Positions 47,589 through 56,347 of a stretch of DNA of 64,000 nt are shown one piece after another. The notes below the pieces were generated by a model. That model was not told the DNA's origin, ran no database searches, and saw only the letters and a list, made by a program, of their open reading frames with translations. The DNA comes from Parcubacteria group bacterium Gr01-1014_17. GTDB taxonomy: Bacteria; Patescibacteriota; Minisyncoccia; Phycocordibacterales; UBA10002. Made by a program: the position numbers and the translations under genes. Numbering within the stretch: position 1 is the stretch's first letter; every line of letters starts with the position of its first letter. Where the stretch lies: positions 699 through 64,698 of the forward strand of contig VMFZ01000005.1 of assembly GCA_007376285.1 (NCBI GenBank), read 5' to 3'.

Positions 47589-49353
47589 CATCGCATCGCA
47601 TTGGTGGCGGTTGTTTAATACGCTGTACCGTAGTTGCCGGCGCCGCATGGCATTTGTCGTGTTTCTCGGCTTTGCCTCAAGTTTTTTTGAAGGATTTGGC
47701 GTGGTGCTTCTTGTTCCGCTTATTGCGTTTCTCGTAGGAGGACAGGGTGCGCCAACCGGCGCATTAGCGAACTTTCTTTCAAACATTCCTCTTGGTTTCT
47801 TGGGTGGGTGGTCGTTCAAGGCGGTTTTCGTTCTGGTTGTGGTTTTGTTTTTGGCAAAAGGCGCTCTACTGTTTTGGGCAGGCGTATTCCGTGCGAACAC
47901 ACTGACGAGCTATAGCAGAATGATGCGCGAACGCTTATACCGCCAAATGCTCGGTTCCTCATTTTCTTATTTACGCGCTCAGAAAATAGGAAATTTTAAC
48001 CATATATTGATTTCTGATTTGAAGGCGAGCGTCAAATTGCTTCATTTTTCCACGGATGTTATCCGTTCGGTTGCAAACCTCTTTTCATACGCCGCACTTG
48101 CTTTTCTCCTCTCGCCGGCCATCGCGGGGTTGACGCTTGCCGGAGGCGCGTTGTTTCTCCTTGCATGGAATCCGGTTTTTGCGCGTTTACGGAACTATAT
48201 GCGCAAGCTTATGCGTGTCCGAGCGGACATGACTCACGCTATAGATGAGACGCTCATCGGCATCAAAACCATCAAGGCGCTTGGGGTTGAGAAGGAATCG
48301 CTTCTGCGGGTGCGAGGCTATTTTAATGAGACAGAAGAAGTTGAGCGAAGGAAAGACCTTGCGCGCCTTACCGCCAAGCTCTCTGTTGAGCCCGTATCAC
48401 TCTTTTTCATTATAAGCGTCTTTGCTATATCGTATTACTATTTATCGTTTGATGTAACCACATTCATTCCGATTGTGTATTTGATACAACAGATGTTTAC
48501 GCGCATTGGCAAGATACAGTCTTCGCTTAATGTGGTAGATGATTCCATTGCACATGCGGAAAAAGTCGCGGCTATCATTGCTGAAACTGAAGCTAACAAA
48601 GAGCCGCGCGGCGGTGCTATTCCTTTTTTATTTGAAAGAGAATTGGCGCTTTCGCATATTGAATTTTCATACCGCGGAGAGCCGATTTTTTCTGATTTAT
48701 CTTTTTTCGTGAAGCGAGGCGAATTTGTCGGCATAATCGGACCAACGGGTTCCGGCAAGACAACGATGGTTGATTTATTGCTTCGTTTGATGGAGCCTGC
48801 GGATGGGCATGTGCTTCTTGATGGTAGAGATGTGTCGCAGTTTTCAATTTCTGACTGGCGCAAAAAAATCATGTATGTTCCGCAGGAGAGTTTTCTTTTG
48901 AATGCGACCATAGCAGACAATGTGCGATTTTTGCAGGACATTCCCGATGCGTCAGTGAGGCAGGCGATTTCTCGGGCACAATTAGGGGATTTGGTGGCGC
49001 GCTGGCCGAAAGGAATTGATACGCAGGTTGGTGAGCGCGGCGCCGAACTTTCCGGCGGGGAGCGCCAGCGCATCGCCATTGCCCGCGCGCTTGCGCGCAA
49101 CCCCGATGTGCTCATCTTGGACGAAGCGACGAGCGCGCTTGATTTTGAAACAGAAGCTTCTGTGAAGAATGTTATTGACTCCCTGAAAGGAATGGTAACG
49201 ATTATCGTCATTGCGCACCGCATTTCCACCGTGCTCGGCGCGGACCGTATTATCGCTTTAGAAAATGGGCGGATTGTTGAAGAGGGAAGCCCGAAAGAAC
49301 TTCAGGTGAATCCAGATTCATATTTGTCGCGGATGCTGTCGTTTATCTCATGA
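47557..49353 (+). CDS. ABC exporter, fused permease-ATPase (MsbA/type I exporter-like)
   Basis: Six N-terminal TM helices, then Walker A GPTGSGKTT, signature LSGGERQR and Walker B LILDEAT. The track ORF starts at 47320 inside the upstream gene; an internal ATG (47557 or 47572) is preferred. Confidence 0.8.
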   Translation: MRNLFMKRIRNIASHWWRLFNTLYRSCRRRMAFVVFLGFASSFFEGFGVVLLVPLIAFLVGGQGAPTGALANFLSNIPLGFLGGWSFKAVFVLVVVLFLAKGALLFWAGVFRANTLTSYSRMMRERLYRQMLGSSFSYLRAQKIGNFNHILISDLKASVKLLHFSTDVIRSVANLFSYAALAFLLSPAIAGLTLAGGALFLLAWNPVFARLRNYMRKLMRVRADMTHAIDETLIGIKTIKALGVEKESLLRVRGYFNETEEVERRKDLARLTAKLSVEPVSLFFIISVFAISYYYLSFDVTTFIPIVYLIQQMFTRIGKIQSSLNVVDDSIAHAEKVAAIIAETEANKEPRGGAIPFLFERELALSHIEFSYRGEPIFSDLSFFVKRGEFVGIIGPTGSGKTTMVDLLLRLMEPADGHVLLDGRDVSQFSISDWRKKIMYVPQESFLLNATIADNVRFLQDIPDASVRQAISRAQLGDLVARWPKGIDTQVGERGAELSGGERQRIAIARALARNPDVLILDEATSALDFETEASVKNVIDSLKGMVTIIVIAHRISTVLGADRIIALENGRIVEEGSPKELQVNPDSYLSRMLSFIS

Positions 49354-50705
49354 AAACTATTTTTATTTCAATTCTTTCCGGCGTTGAGGCGAAAGCGATT
49401 TTGCGAACCGATATTCTCGGGACGCTTCTGGCGCGTGGAAACATTCGCGTGGTGCTGTTTGTGAAGAACGCAGCACGCGCCGCATTTTATGAAAAAGAGT
49501 TTTTGCATCCTCGAGTTTGTTACGAAGTAATTGACGCATATGCATTTTCGCCCATAAACACATTGTTTGATTTTCTGAAAAATTTTTTAGTGCGCACTAA
49601 TACGCTCGCGCTCTATCGCCGACTTCTCCTCATTGACCGTAAAAATGTCTTCGTATTTGTCGGAGGTTTTCTGTTCAGTGCACTGTTAGCCAGGCCGCTC
49701 TTTCAGCGTATCGCTCGATTTCTGGACGCCAGTTTTGTGCGCGACCAGATTTTTTACTCGGTGTTTGAGCGCTACAGGCCGTCTCTCGTATTTCTCGCCA
49801 ATCTTTTTGATACGGTGGAAGTAAGTATGCTCCGCGAAGCAAAACGGCGCGGAATTCGCAGTGTAGGTTTTGTTAATTCATGGGACAAAATTGCATCAAA
49901 GGGTTTTTTGCGGCTTGTGTCTGATGTAGTGATTGCACCAAACCATATCGTTAAAGAAGAGGCCATATATTATGATAATGTGCCACGCGAAAAGATTTTT
50001 GTGTCAGGCGTTCCACAATACGATATGTATTGGAGTATAGAAAATATTCTGCCTCGCGAGGTGTTTTTCCAAAAAATGAAGATGGACCCGAAGAAGCGCC
50101 TTATTATATTTGGCCCTATAGGAAAAACACTCAGCAATTCCGATTGGGAGATGATTGACACCATGCATTCATTACTCCAAGTGCATATTCCAGAAACGCA
50201 GATGCTTGCCCGTTTTCAACCAAATGACTTTGCGGGTGATGAAGCAGAATTTCGGAAGCGTCCTTGGCTTCATGTAGATGTTCCTGGTGTGCGCTTTGGT
50301 ACGGGTATTGGGATGGACTGGGATATGACTGCCGCTGAACTCCTTCATTTGAAAAATACACTTTTCCATTGTGCGCTTCTTGTTTCTTATGCCTCCAGTA
50401 TTTCAATCGACGCGGCGGTTTTTGACAAGCCGATAATAAATATTGGATTTGAAATACGCCATGGCGACCCAGCATGGAAACAGCCGACGCGCCGATATGC
50501 AACCGTGCATTACCAAAAAGCGCTCGCAACTGGTGGGATTCGTTTGGTTAAAAGCGAAGAAGAATTGATTGAGTGGATTAAGAAATATCTGGCGCATCCG
50601 CAATTGGACCGTAAAGGCCGCGCGCGCCTCGTGCACGAACAGTGCGTGTATACCGATGGCAAAACAGGCAAGCGCATAGCAGATTTTCTCTTGCGGCAGT
50701 TATAA
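49350..50705 (+). CDS. TagF-like GT-B transferase, paralog 5 of 5
   Basis: NSWDKIASKG...VSGVPQYDMY...LIIFGPIGK...LLVSYASSISIDAAVFDKPIINIGFE...TDGKTGKRI blocks. Confidence 0.4.
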   Translation: MKTIFISILSGVEAKAILRTDILGTLLARGNIRVVLFVKNAARAAFYEKEFLHPRVCYEVIDAYAFSPINTLFDFLKNFLVRTNTLALYRRLLLIDRKNVFVFVGGFLFSALLARPLFQRIARFLDASFVRDQIFYSVFERYRPSLVFLANLFDTVEVSMLREAKRRGIRSVGFVNSWDKIASKGFLRLVSDVVIAPNHIVKEEAIYYDNVPREKIFVSGVPQYDMYWSIENILPREVFFQKMKMDPKKRLIIFGPIGKTLSNSDWEMIDTMHSLLQVHIPETQMLARFQPNDFAGDEAEFRKRPWLHVDVPGVRFGTGIGMDWDMTAAELLHLKNTLFHCALLVSYASSISIDAAVFDKPIINIGFEIRHGDPAWKQPTRRYATVHYQKALATGGIRLVKSEEELIEWIKKYLAHPQLDRKGRARLVHEQCVYTDGKTGKRIADFLLRQL

Positions 50706-50714
50706 TAGAGCGTT

Positions 50715-51932
50715 ATGAATGTCGTGCGTAAAAAAATATGCGTGGTGAACGGAAAGCGGGGCGGTTTTAACGCGCTTCTGCCGACGATGCGCGCGATTGA
50801 AGCGGAACCATCGCTTGAATTGCAGGTGCTTCTGACTGATATGCATCTTTCCGAACAATTCGGATATACCCTTGAGTACGCAAAACGCTACATCTCTATT
50901 GCACGTACCGTTCCCTTGAATCAAACAGGAGGCACGGCACGGGAGAGAGTTGAGGCGCTTGGCCGCGGACTTTCGGGACTAGCAGGCGCGTTTGACGACT
51001 TGAAGCCGGATATTGTGCTTCTTCTCGGCGATCGTTCCGAGACACTCGTTGCCGCATTTGCGGCTTTGCAATTGGGCATTCCAGTCGCGCACATTCAGGG
51101 AGGCGAAGTATCGGGCAATTTAGACGGAATCCAGCGGCACGCGATTACCAAGCTCGCGCATCTTCACTTCACCGAAACTGAACGCGCTCGTCGGACTGTT
51201 CTACATTTAGGCGAAGAACGATGGCGCGTTCAGCGCGTCGGCGCACCGTATTTAGATTTTATTTTCCAAAAATTATACACGCCGGAGCAAGAAGTCCGCG
51301 CGAAGTTTAATCTTCAAGAAAATGAGCCGTTTCTTTTAATTCTTCAGCATCCGGAAACCAGAATGCCTGAGCGTAGTCGGAGCGACATGGAAGAAATCTT
51401 ATCTGCGGTTGAAGCAACGAGCCTGCGCGCGGTGGTCGCGTATCCGTGTTCAGACCAGGGATATGAAGGCATTATTGAAGCAATTGAGACGCGGCGCGGC
51501 AACCCGCAGTTTTCCATCCACAAAAATATCCCAGCTGAGGACTTTATCGGGCTTCAGGCGTGCGCGTCTGTGCTTGTGGGTAATTCTTCGGCAGCGATTT
51601 ATGAAGCGCCGTATTTGTATTTGCCGTCGGTGTCGGTCGGGAGCCGCCAGCGCAAGCGCGAACGGGAAAATAATATCATAGATGTTTTGCCGGAACGCCG
51701 CTTGATTAAAAAAGCGATTGATACGGCGCGTTTTGATGTGATTTTTCGGAAAAAGTTACACAGCCTGCGCCGTATCTACGGAGACGGAAAAGCGCATAAA
51801 CGAATTGTAAACGCTTTGCGCAAAGCCCCTCCGCGCGCGCGACTGTTTAAGAAGTCCCTCACTCATTACAGCATAAAACGCCAACTATTTGACCGATATG
51901 TAAAGCCACTAACCGACCGCTTGCGCGCGTAA
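50715..51932 (+). CDS. UDP-N-acetylglucosamine 2-epimerase (WecB/NeuC family)
   Basis: ICVVNGKRGGFNAL...LLLGDRSETLVAAFAA...HIQGGEVSG...THLHF motifs. Confidence 0.8.
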   Translation: MNVVRKKICVVNGKRGGFNALLPTMRAIEAEPSLELQVLLTDMHLSEQFGYTLEYAKRYISIARTVPLNQTGGTARERVEALGRGLSGLAGAFDDLKPDIVLLLGDRSETLVAAFAALQLGIPVAHIQGGEVSGNLDGIQRHAITKLAHLHFTETERARRTVLHLGEERWRVQRVGAPYLDFIFQKLYTPEQEVRAKFNLQENEPFLLILQHPETRMPERSRSDMEEILSAVEATSLRAVVAYPCSDQGYEGIIEAIETRRGNPQFSIHKNIPAEDFIGLQACASVLVGNSSAAIYEAPYLYLPSVSVGSRQRKRERENNIIDVLPERRLIKKAIDTARFDVIFRKKLHSLRRIYGDGKAHKRIVNALRKAPPRARLFKKSLTHYSIKRQLFDRYVKPLTDRLRA

Positions 51933-52004
51933 CAAAAACCGAGTTATTTTCGTTCCAAGAAATGGATATGCACGGAGAAAATAGAAAAATCAGAAAGGTA
52001 AGAA

Positions 52005-53231
52005 ATGAAGATAGAAAAAGAAGAGAAACAATTGACGGTATTAGTATTGGGTGGCGACGGATATCTCGGGTGGCCTACCGCGATGCATTTTGCGGCGCGA
52101 GGCCATGCGGTTGCGATTGCGGATAACCTCCAAAAACGGCGGATGGAAGAAGAAGTTGGCGGCGAACCCTTGTTTCTCCGCCCGACGCTTCAGCGGCGGG
52201 TCAAGCTTTGGAATTCGCTCAATGCCGGACATTACATTGCATTGCCCCCGGGCAATGTCATTGATATTGCGCAAAATGGGCCTGCGCTCATTGACTTCAT
52301 ACTTCGGTTTGAGCCTGATGTCATCATCCATTACGCGGAGCAGCCATCGGCACCATACTCAATGTGGAGCCGTTCGCGGGCAGTCAATACGGTTGTAAAC
52401 AATAGCGCTGGAACGCTCAATGTGTTGTTTGCGATTCGCGAGCTAAAGCGTCAAAACGGCAAAGACGCGCATCTTATCAAGTTGGGAACAATGGGCGAGT
52501 ATGGGACGCCAAACATTGATATTGAAGAGGGGTGGTTGGAAGTTGAACACAATGGTCGCAAAGACCGTTTGCCGTTTCCGAAACTCCCCGGCAGTTTCTA
52601 TCACGCTAGCAAAGTTGCGGACTCTGCCTACATTGAGTTCGCGTGTCGCGCGTGGGGGATTCGGGCGACTGACCTCAATCAGGGAGTGGTGTACGGAATC
52701 GATACGGCCGAGACAACACTTCATACTGACTTGGTCACCAGCTTCCACTATGATGCCGTGTTTGGTACCGCACTCAATCGCTTCATTGCGCAGGCGGTCG
52801 TGGAAGTCCCGCTTACGGTGTACGGCAAGGGTGGGCAGACGCGCGGATATTTGAACATTCGCGATACACTCCAGTGTGTTGCCTTGGCGGCGCAGAGTCC
52901 GCCGAATGCCGGAGAGTTCCGTGTGTTTAACCAGTTCACCGAGCAGTTCTCTGTGCTGGATCTTGCGGAAAAGGTGAAACGAGTTGGCAACACGCTCGGT
53001 CTCATCGTGGTCATTGACCACATTCAAAATCCACGCGTGGAGAAAGAGGCGCACTATTACAACCCCAAGCACACCGGTCTTTTGTCGCTTGGGCTTCAGC
53101 CACATCTGCTCACCGACGAAGTGATCACCGAAATGATACAAAAAGTCATCACAGCGCAAAAGGCGATTGACCGCGATGTCATTGCGCCTCGCATCCTTTG
53201 GCGTCCAGTCGAGGAAGCGCCATCAATCTAA
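52005..53231 (+). CDS. sqdB: UDP-sulfoquinovose synthase (SqdB/SQD1/Agl3 family)
   Basis: VLVLGGDGYLGW, HYAEQPSAPYSM, IKLGTMGEYGTPNIDIEEGW and RATDLNQGVVYG are the hallmark blocks of the UDP-sulfoquinovose synthases. Confidence 0.8.
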   Translation: MKIEKEEKQLTVLVLGGDGYLGWPTAMHFAARGHAVAIADNLQKRRMEEEVGGEPLFLRPTLQRRVKLWNSLNAGHYIALPPGNVIDIAQNGPALIDFILRFEPDVIIHYAEQPSAPYSMWSRSRAVNTVVNNSAGTLNVLFAIRELKRQNGKDAHLIKLGTMGEYGTPNIDIEEGWLEVEHNGRKDRLPFPKLPGSFYHASKVADSAYIEFACRAWGIRATDLNQGVVYGIDTAETTLHTDLVTSFHYDAVFGTALNRFIAQAVVEVPLTVYGKGGQTRGYLNIRDTLQCVALAAQSPPNAGEFRVFNQFTEQFSVLDLAEKVKRVGNTLGLIVVIDHIQNPRVEKEAHYYNPKHTGLLSLGLQPHLLTDEVITEMIQKVITAQKAIDRDVIAPRILWRPVEEAPSI

Positions 53232-53235
53232 ACAT

Positions 53236-53272
53236 AGCACCCGATGTCTGCAAAACATCGGGTGTTTTTTAT
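53236..53272 (+). terminator. Rho-independent terminator (CACCCGATGT-CTGCAAA-ACATCGGGTG followed by TTTTTT)
   Basis: A 10 bp stem with a T6 tract after the sqdB stop. The stem is the same as in the in-frame palindromes at 103-135 and 3884-3922. Confidence 0.65.
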
Positions 53273-53288
53273 AAGTTATACTGTCTGT

Positions 53289-54191
53289 ATGCGTTTGCTT
53301 ATCACCGGCAGTTCCGGCTTTATTGGCTCGTATGTCGCAGAAGAAGCTCGTGCGCGCGGGCATGAGGTATTTCCTTTTGATATAAAAGGAAGTTCACGCA
53401 ATGATTTTCGTCATTTTAGCGCAATCAAAAATGCGTGCAAAAAAGCAAAACCAGAGGCCGTCGTCATACATCTCGGCGCGTTACCATCGGTACAGCAGTC
53501 AATTAAAGAGCCGGAAGTAACCTATGAGACGAATGTACGCGGCACATGGAATGTGCTGGAAGCCGCGCGCCTAGGAGGCGCGCGGCGGTTCGTATTTGCA
53601 TCTTCCGCCGCGGTATATGGCACGACCGGCGAAGAATATGACGGCAAGCCGCTATCGGAAGATTTACCGCTTCAACCGAAAAATCCGTATGGACTTGCGA
53701 AAAAAATCGGCGAGCAGATGGTGGAAATGTGGTCGCGCGACACATTATGGAAAAACATTGACGGCGTGTCTTTGCGGTTTTTCAATGTATTTGGTCCTCG
53801 CCAAAGGCGGGATAGCGCGTACGCTACTGCTATTGAAAAGTTTTTGTATCAAGTTGCGAAAAAAGAGCCGCTTACTGTTGTCTCTCCAGGCACTCAGCGC
53901 CGCGATATGGTATTTGTGAGGGATGTTGCGCGCGCCGTGCTTGCCGCCGCGGAAGCAAAGAAGCCGTTGTGCGGTGTCGCCATAAATATCGGGAGCGGCG
54001 CGAATTACTCCATTCAGGAGATTGCGGATATAATTGGCGGTAAAAAATATCCGCGTGTTATGCTCCCACCACGGCAAGGCGATGTACTCGAAGTCCTCGC
54101 GGACATCTCGCGCGCCAAGACACTCCTAAACTGGTCGCCCGAGGTCTCGTTTGAAGAAGGGATTAAAATTATAAAAAAATGCAAGCAATAA
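53289..54191 (+). CDS. NAD-dependent epimerase/dehydratase (UDP-hexose 4-epimerase-like)
   Basis: MRLLITGSSGFIGS and YGLAKKIGEQ. The track start at 53244 lies inside the terminator hairpin, so ATG 53289 is preferred. Confidence 0.7.
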   Translation: MRLLITGSSGFIGSYVAEEARARGHEVFPFDIKGSSRNDFRHFSAIKNACKKAKPEAVVIHLGALPSVQQSIKEPEVTYETNVRGTWNVLEAARLGGARRFVFASSAAVYGTTGEEYDGKPLSEDLPLQPKNPYGLAKKIGEQMVEMWSRDTLWKNIDGVSLRFFNVFGPRQRRDSAYATAIEKFLYQVAKKEPLTVVSPGTQRRDMVFVRDVARAVLAAAEAKKPLCGVAINIGSGANYSIQEIADIIGGKKYPRVMLPPRQGDVLEVLADISRAKTLLNWSPEVSFEEGIKIIKKCKQ

Positions 54192-54871
54192 TTTTAGCAG
54201 CGGGACGCGGCGAACGGCTTCGGCCGCTTACGGATTCCACGCCGAAGCCGCTTATTTTGGTTGAAGGGCAATCAATGATTGCCCATGCTCTTAACGCGTT
54301 ACCTGACGCAGTTACCGAGATTGTTATTGTTGTCGGTTATCTCGGAGAACTTATTGAAAAGATCATAGGATTTTCTTGGAAAGGAAAACCGGTTCGGTAT
54401 GTGCGGCAGGAGAATGGGCGAACTGGAACTTTTGCCGCGCTTTCTGCCGCAAAAAAGATTCTCAGCGAACGATTTTTAGTCCTCGCAAGCGATGTGTTTT
54501 ATAAAAAAGATGACTTAACCAATTTACTTAACCATACGCTCGCCCTTTTAGTTCGGAAAGAAGTTGGCGACGATTCGCGCCGTATCGCGCAATGCATCGT
54601 TGAAAACGAAATTCTTTGCGGTATTAACGAAGGGGAAACCCCGAAAGGAAAGGTGTTTGCGAACTCCTCGGCGTATGTGCTTGATAAACGAATCTTTGAC
54701 GAGCCGGTTGTGCGCGGAGAAAACGGAGAGGAGTGGCTCTCGGTGATGGTGGGAAATCTCGCATCCCGCGTTCCTATTCGCACAGTGGTCAGTACTTTTC
54801 ATGCTACTATCACAAATTCAGAGGACATTCCTCGTGTTGAAAATAAATTACGCGCGCATTTGACAAAATGA
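54179..54871 (+). CDS. Sugar-phosphate nucleotidyltransferase (NTP_transf_3 / MobA-like fold)
   Basis: MQAIILAAGRGERLRPLTDSTPKPLI glycine-rich loop. Confidence 0.55.
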   Translation: MQAIILAAGRGERLRPLTDSTPKPLILVEGQSMIAHALNALPDAVTEIVIVVGYLGELIEKIIGFSWKGKPVRYVRQENGRTGTFAALSAAKKILSERFLVLASDVFYKKDDLTNLLNHTLALLVRKEVGDDSRRIAQCIVENEILCGINEGETPKGKVFANSSAYVLDKRIFDEPVVRGENGEEWLSVMVGNLASRVPIRTVVSTFHATITNSEDIPRVENKLRAHLTK

Positions 54872-54921
54872 CATAACTCGTAATATCCTGCCTACAGGTT
54901 TCCAAAAGAAAAGGATAGTAA

Positions 54922-55506
54922 ATGAACATTGAAAGACGAGAATCAGTTTTGCGGATTGAACAGGACGAAGTCGTGTTTGAGGGTAGGTTTTCCACAACAA
55001 CACAACGACATTTCACGAATACACGGGACGGAAAACACGGTGTCTGGGAAGTTTTTTCGCGCAAAGGCGCAACTGGACGAGTTGTTGGTGTACTTGGAGT
55101 AACATCTGCGTTTGACGCAGTGTTGGTAAATATCTATCGCGTACCACTTCGTGCGTGGGTTGTTTCGTTAGTATACGGAGGGTGTATGTCGGGAGAATCC
55201 GAAACGCAAACGGCTCAGCGCGAGTTTCAAGAAGAAACTGGATATGTTATCAACGAACCTCGTTTGCTTTTTGCAGGCCCTTTTGCGCCCGGGGTAATGG
55301 CGGATGAGATGTCTGTTTTTGTCGGTTTTGGGGCTACGCCGAGCGGAGCGGCTAGTTGTGATGTTGCGGAAGACATAGACATTCTTGTTTTACCTCTCCG
55401 TGACGCAACAAAAGAACTCGCATCACTTTCGCTTTCAGGAAAAGCATTGGTTGATGTGAAAGTTTTTGGTGCGCTATATGCCACAAAAGAAATCTGCGGA
55501 TTGTAG
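54922..55506 (+). CDS. NUDIX hydrolase
   Basis: Nudix box GESETQTAQREFQEETG. Confidence 0.7.
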   Translation: MNIERRESVLRIEQDEVVFEGRFSTTTQRHFTNTRDGKHGVWEVFSRKGATGRVVGVLGVTSAFDAVLVNIYRVPLRAWVVSLVYGGCMSGESETQTAQREFQEETGYVINEPRLLFAGPFAPGVMADEMSVFVGFGATPSGAASCDVAEDIDILVLPLRDATKELASLSLSGKALVDVKVFGALYATKEICGL

Positions 55507-55581
55507 TTTTCGTAAAGGCGCTTCATTACGGGGCGCCTATTTTTTTGGAATATGTTGTCCTGTGTTAGTGTTATAGCAATT

Positions 55582-56295
55582 ATGCAGAAAAAAACATACA
55601 AAGTGCTCGCGACCGTCACGGCGCGCGGGGGGTCAAAAAGGATTCCCAAAAAAAGCATTGTGCCGCTTTTGGGAAAACCTTCAATAATTTATGTGATTGA
55701 AGCGCTTAAAAAAGCGAAGCGCATCACGCGCCTTATTGTAGATACGGATGATGCAGAGATTGCGGACATTGGGCGTAAAGCGGGCACGGAGATTCCCTTT
55801 ATGCGCCCCGCGTATTTGGCGACCGACACCACGCCACATATCGCCGTGCTCAAATACGAACTTGATTTTCTAAAAGAAAAAGAAGGATATGCGCCGGACG
55901 CGGTAGTTTTGGTTCAGCCAACGAGTCCACTGGTCAGTTCCGAAGAAATTGATAAATGCATTGAGCTTTTGTTTAAGGAAAATTTAGATTCAGTTGAATC
56001 GGTTTTTGAAGTGCCAACCCATTTTCACCCGTTTGCACAACGCGTCATTGATACGGAAAGGTACACACATTTTCTTTTTCAAAAAGAACGCACAGAATCA
56101 AAGCGGACGGGGATTAAGCCGACAACTTATGCAATGGGGAATGTGTATTGTTTTCGACCTTCAAATTTGAAGGAATACGGGACGATTCAAGGGGAAAAAA
56201 GCAAGTCAGTGATTATAGAGCGGCGGACCGCCGTGGATATTGATGAGCTGTTTGATGTGGAAATTGCAGAGACAGTACTTAAAAATCTGGCATAA
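55582..56295 (+). CDS. Acylneuraminate cytidylyltransferase family (CMP-nonulosonic acid synthetase, NeuA/LegF/PseF-like)
   Basis: LATVTARGGSKRIPKKSI N-terminal motif. The track start at 55552 is extended; ATG 55582 is preferred. Confidence 0.75.
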   Translation: MQKKTYKVLATVTARGGSKRIPKKSIVPLLGKPSIIYVIEALKKAKRITRLIVDTDDAEIADIGRKAGTEIPFMRPAYLATDTTPHIAVLKYELDFLKEKEGYAPDAVVLVQPTSPLVSSEEIDKCIELLFKENLDSVESVFEVPTHFHPFAQRVIDTERYTHFLFQKERTESKRTGIKPTTYAMGNVYCFRPSNLKEYGTIQGEKSKSVIIERRTAVDIDELFDVEIAETVLKNLA

Positions 56296-56347
56296 AAAAA
56301 TCTTCCTCATCCGCGTTGGGACAAGGAAGATTGTGAGTAACCAGATA

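Noticed and set aside
48438-49229. 263 aa minus-strand ORF
   Set aside because: It is antisense to the ABC transporter NBD, which has canonical Walker A, signature and Walker B motifs on the + strand.
52443-53159. 238 aa minus-strand ORF
   Set aside because: It is antisense to sqdB, whose hallmark motifs are unambiguous on the + strand.
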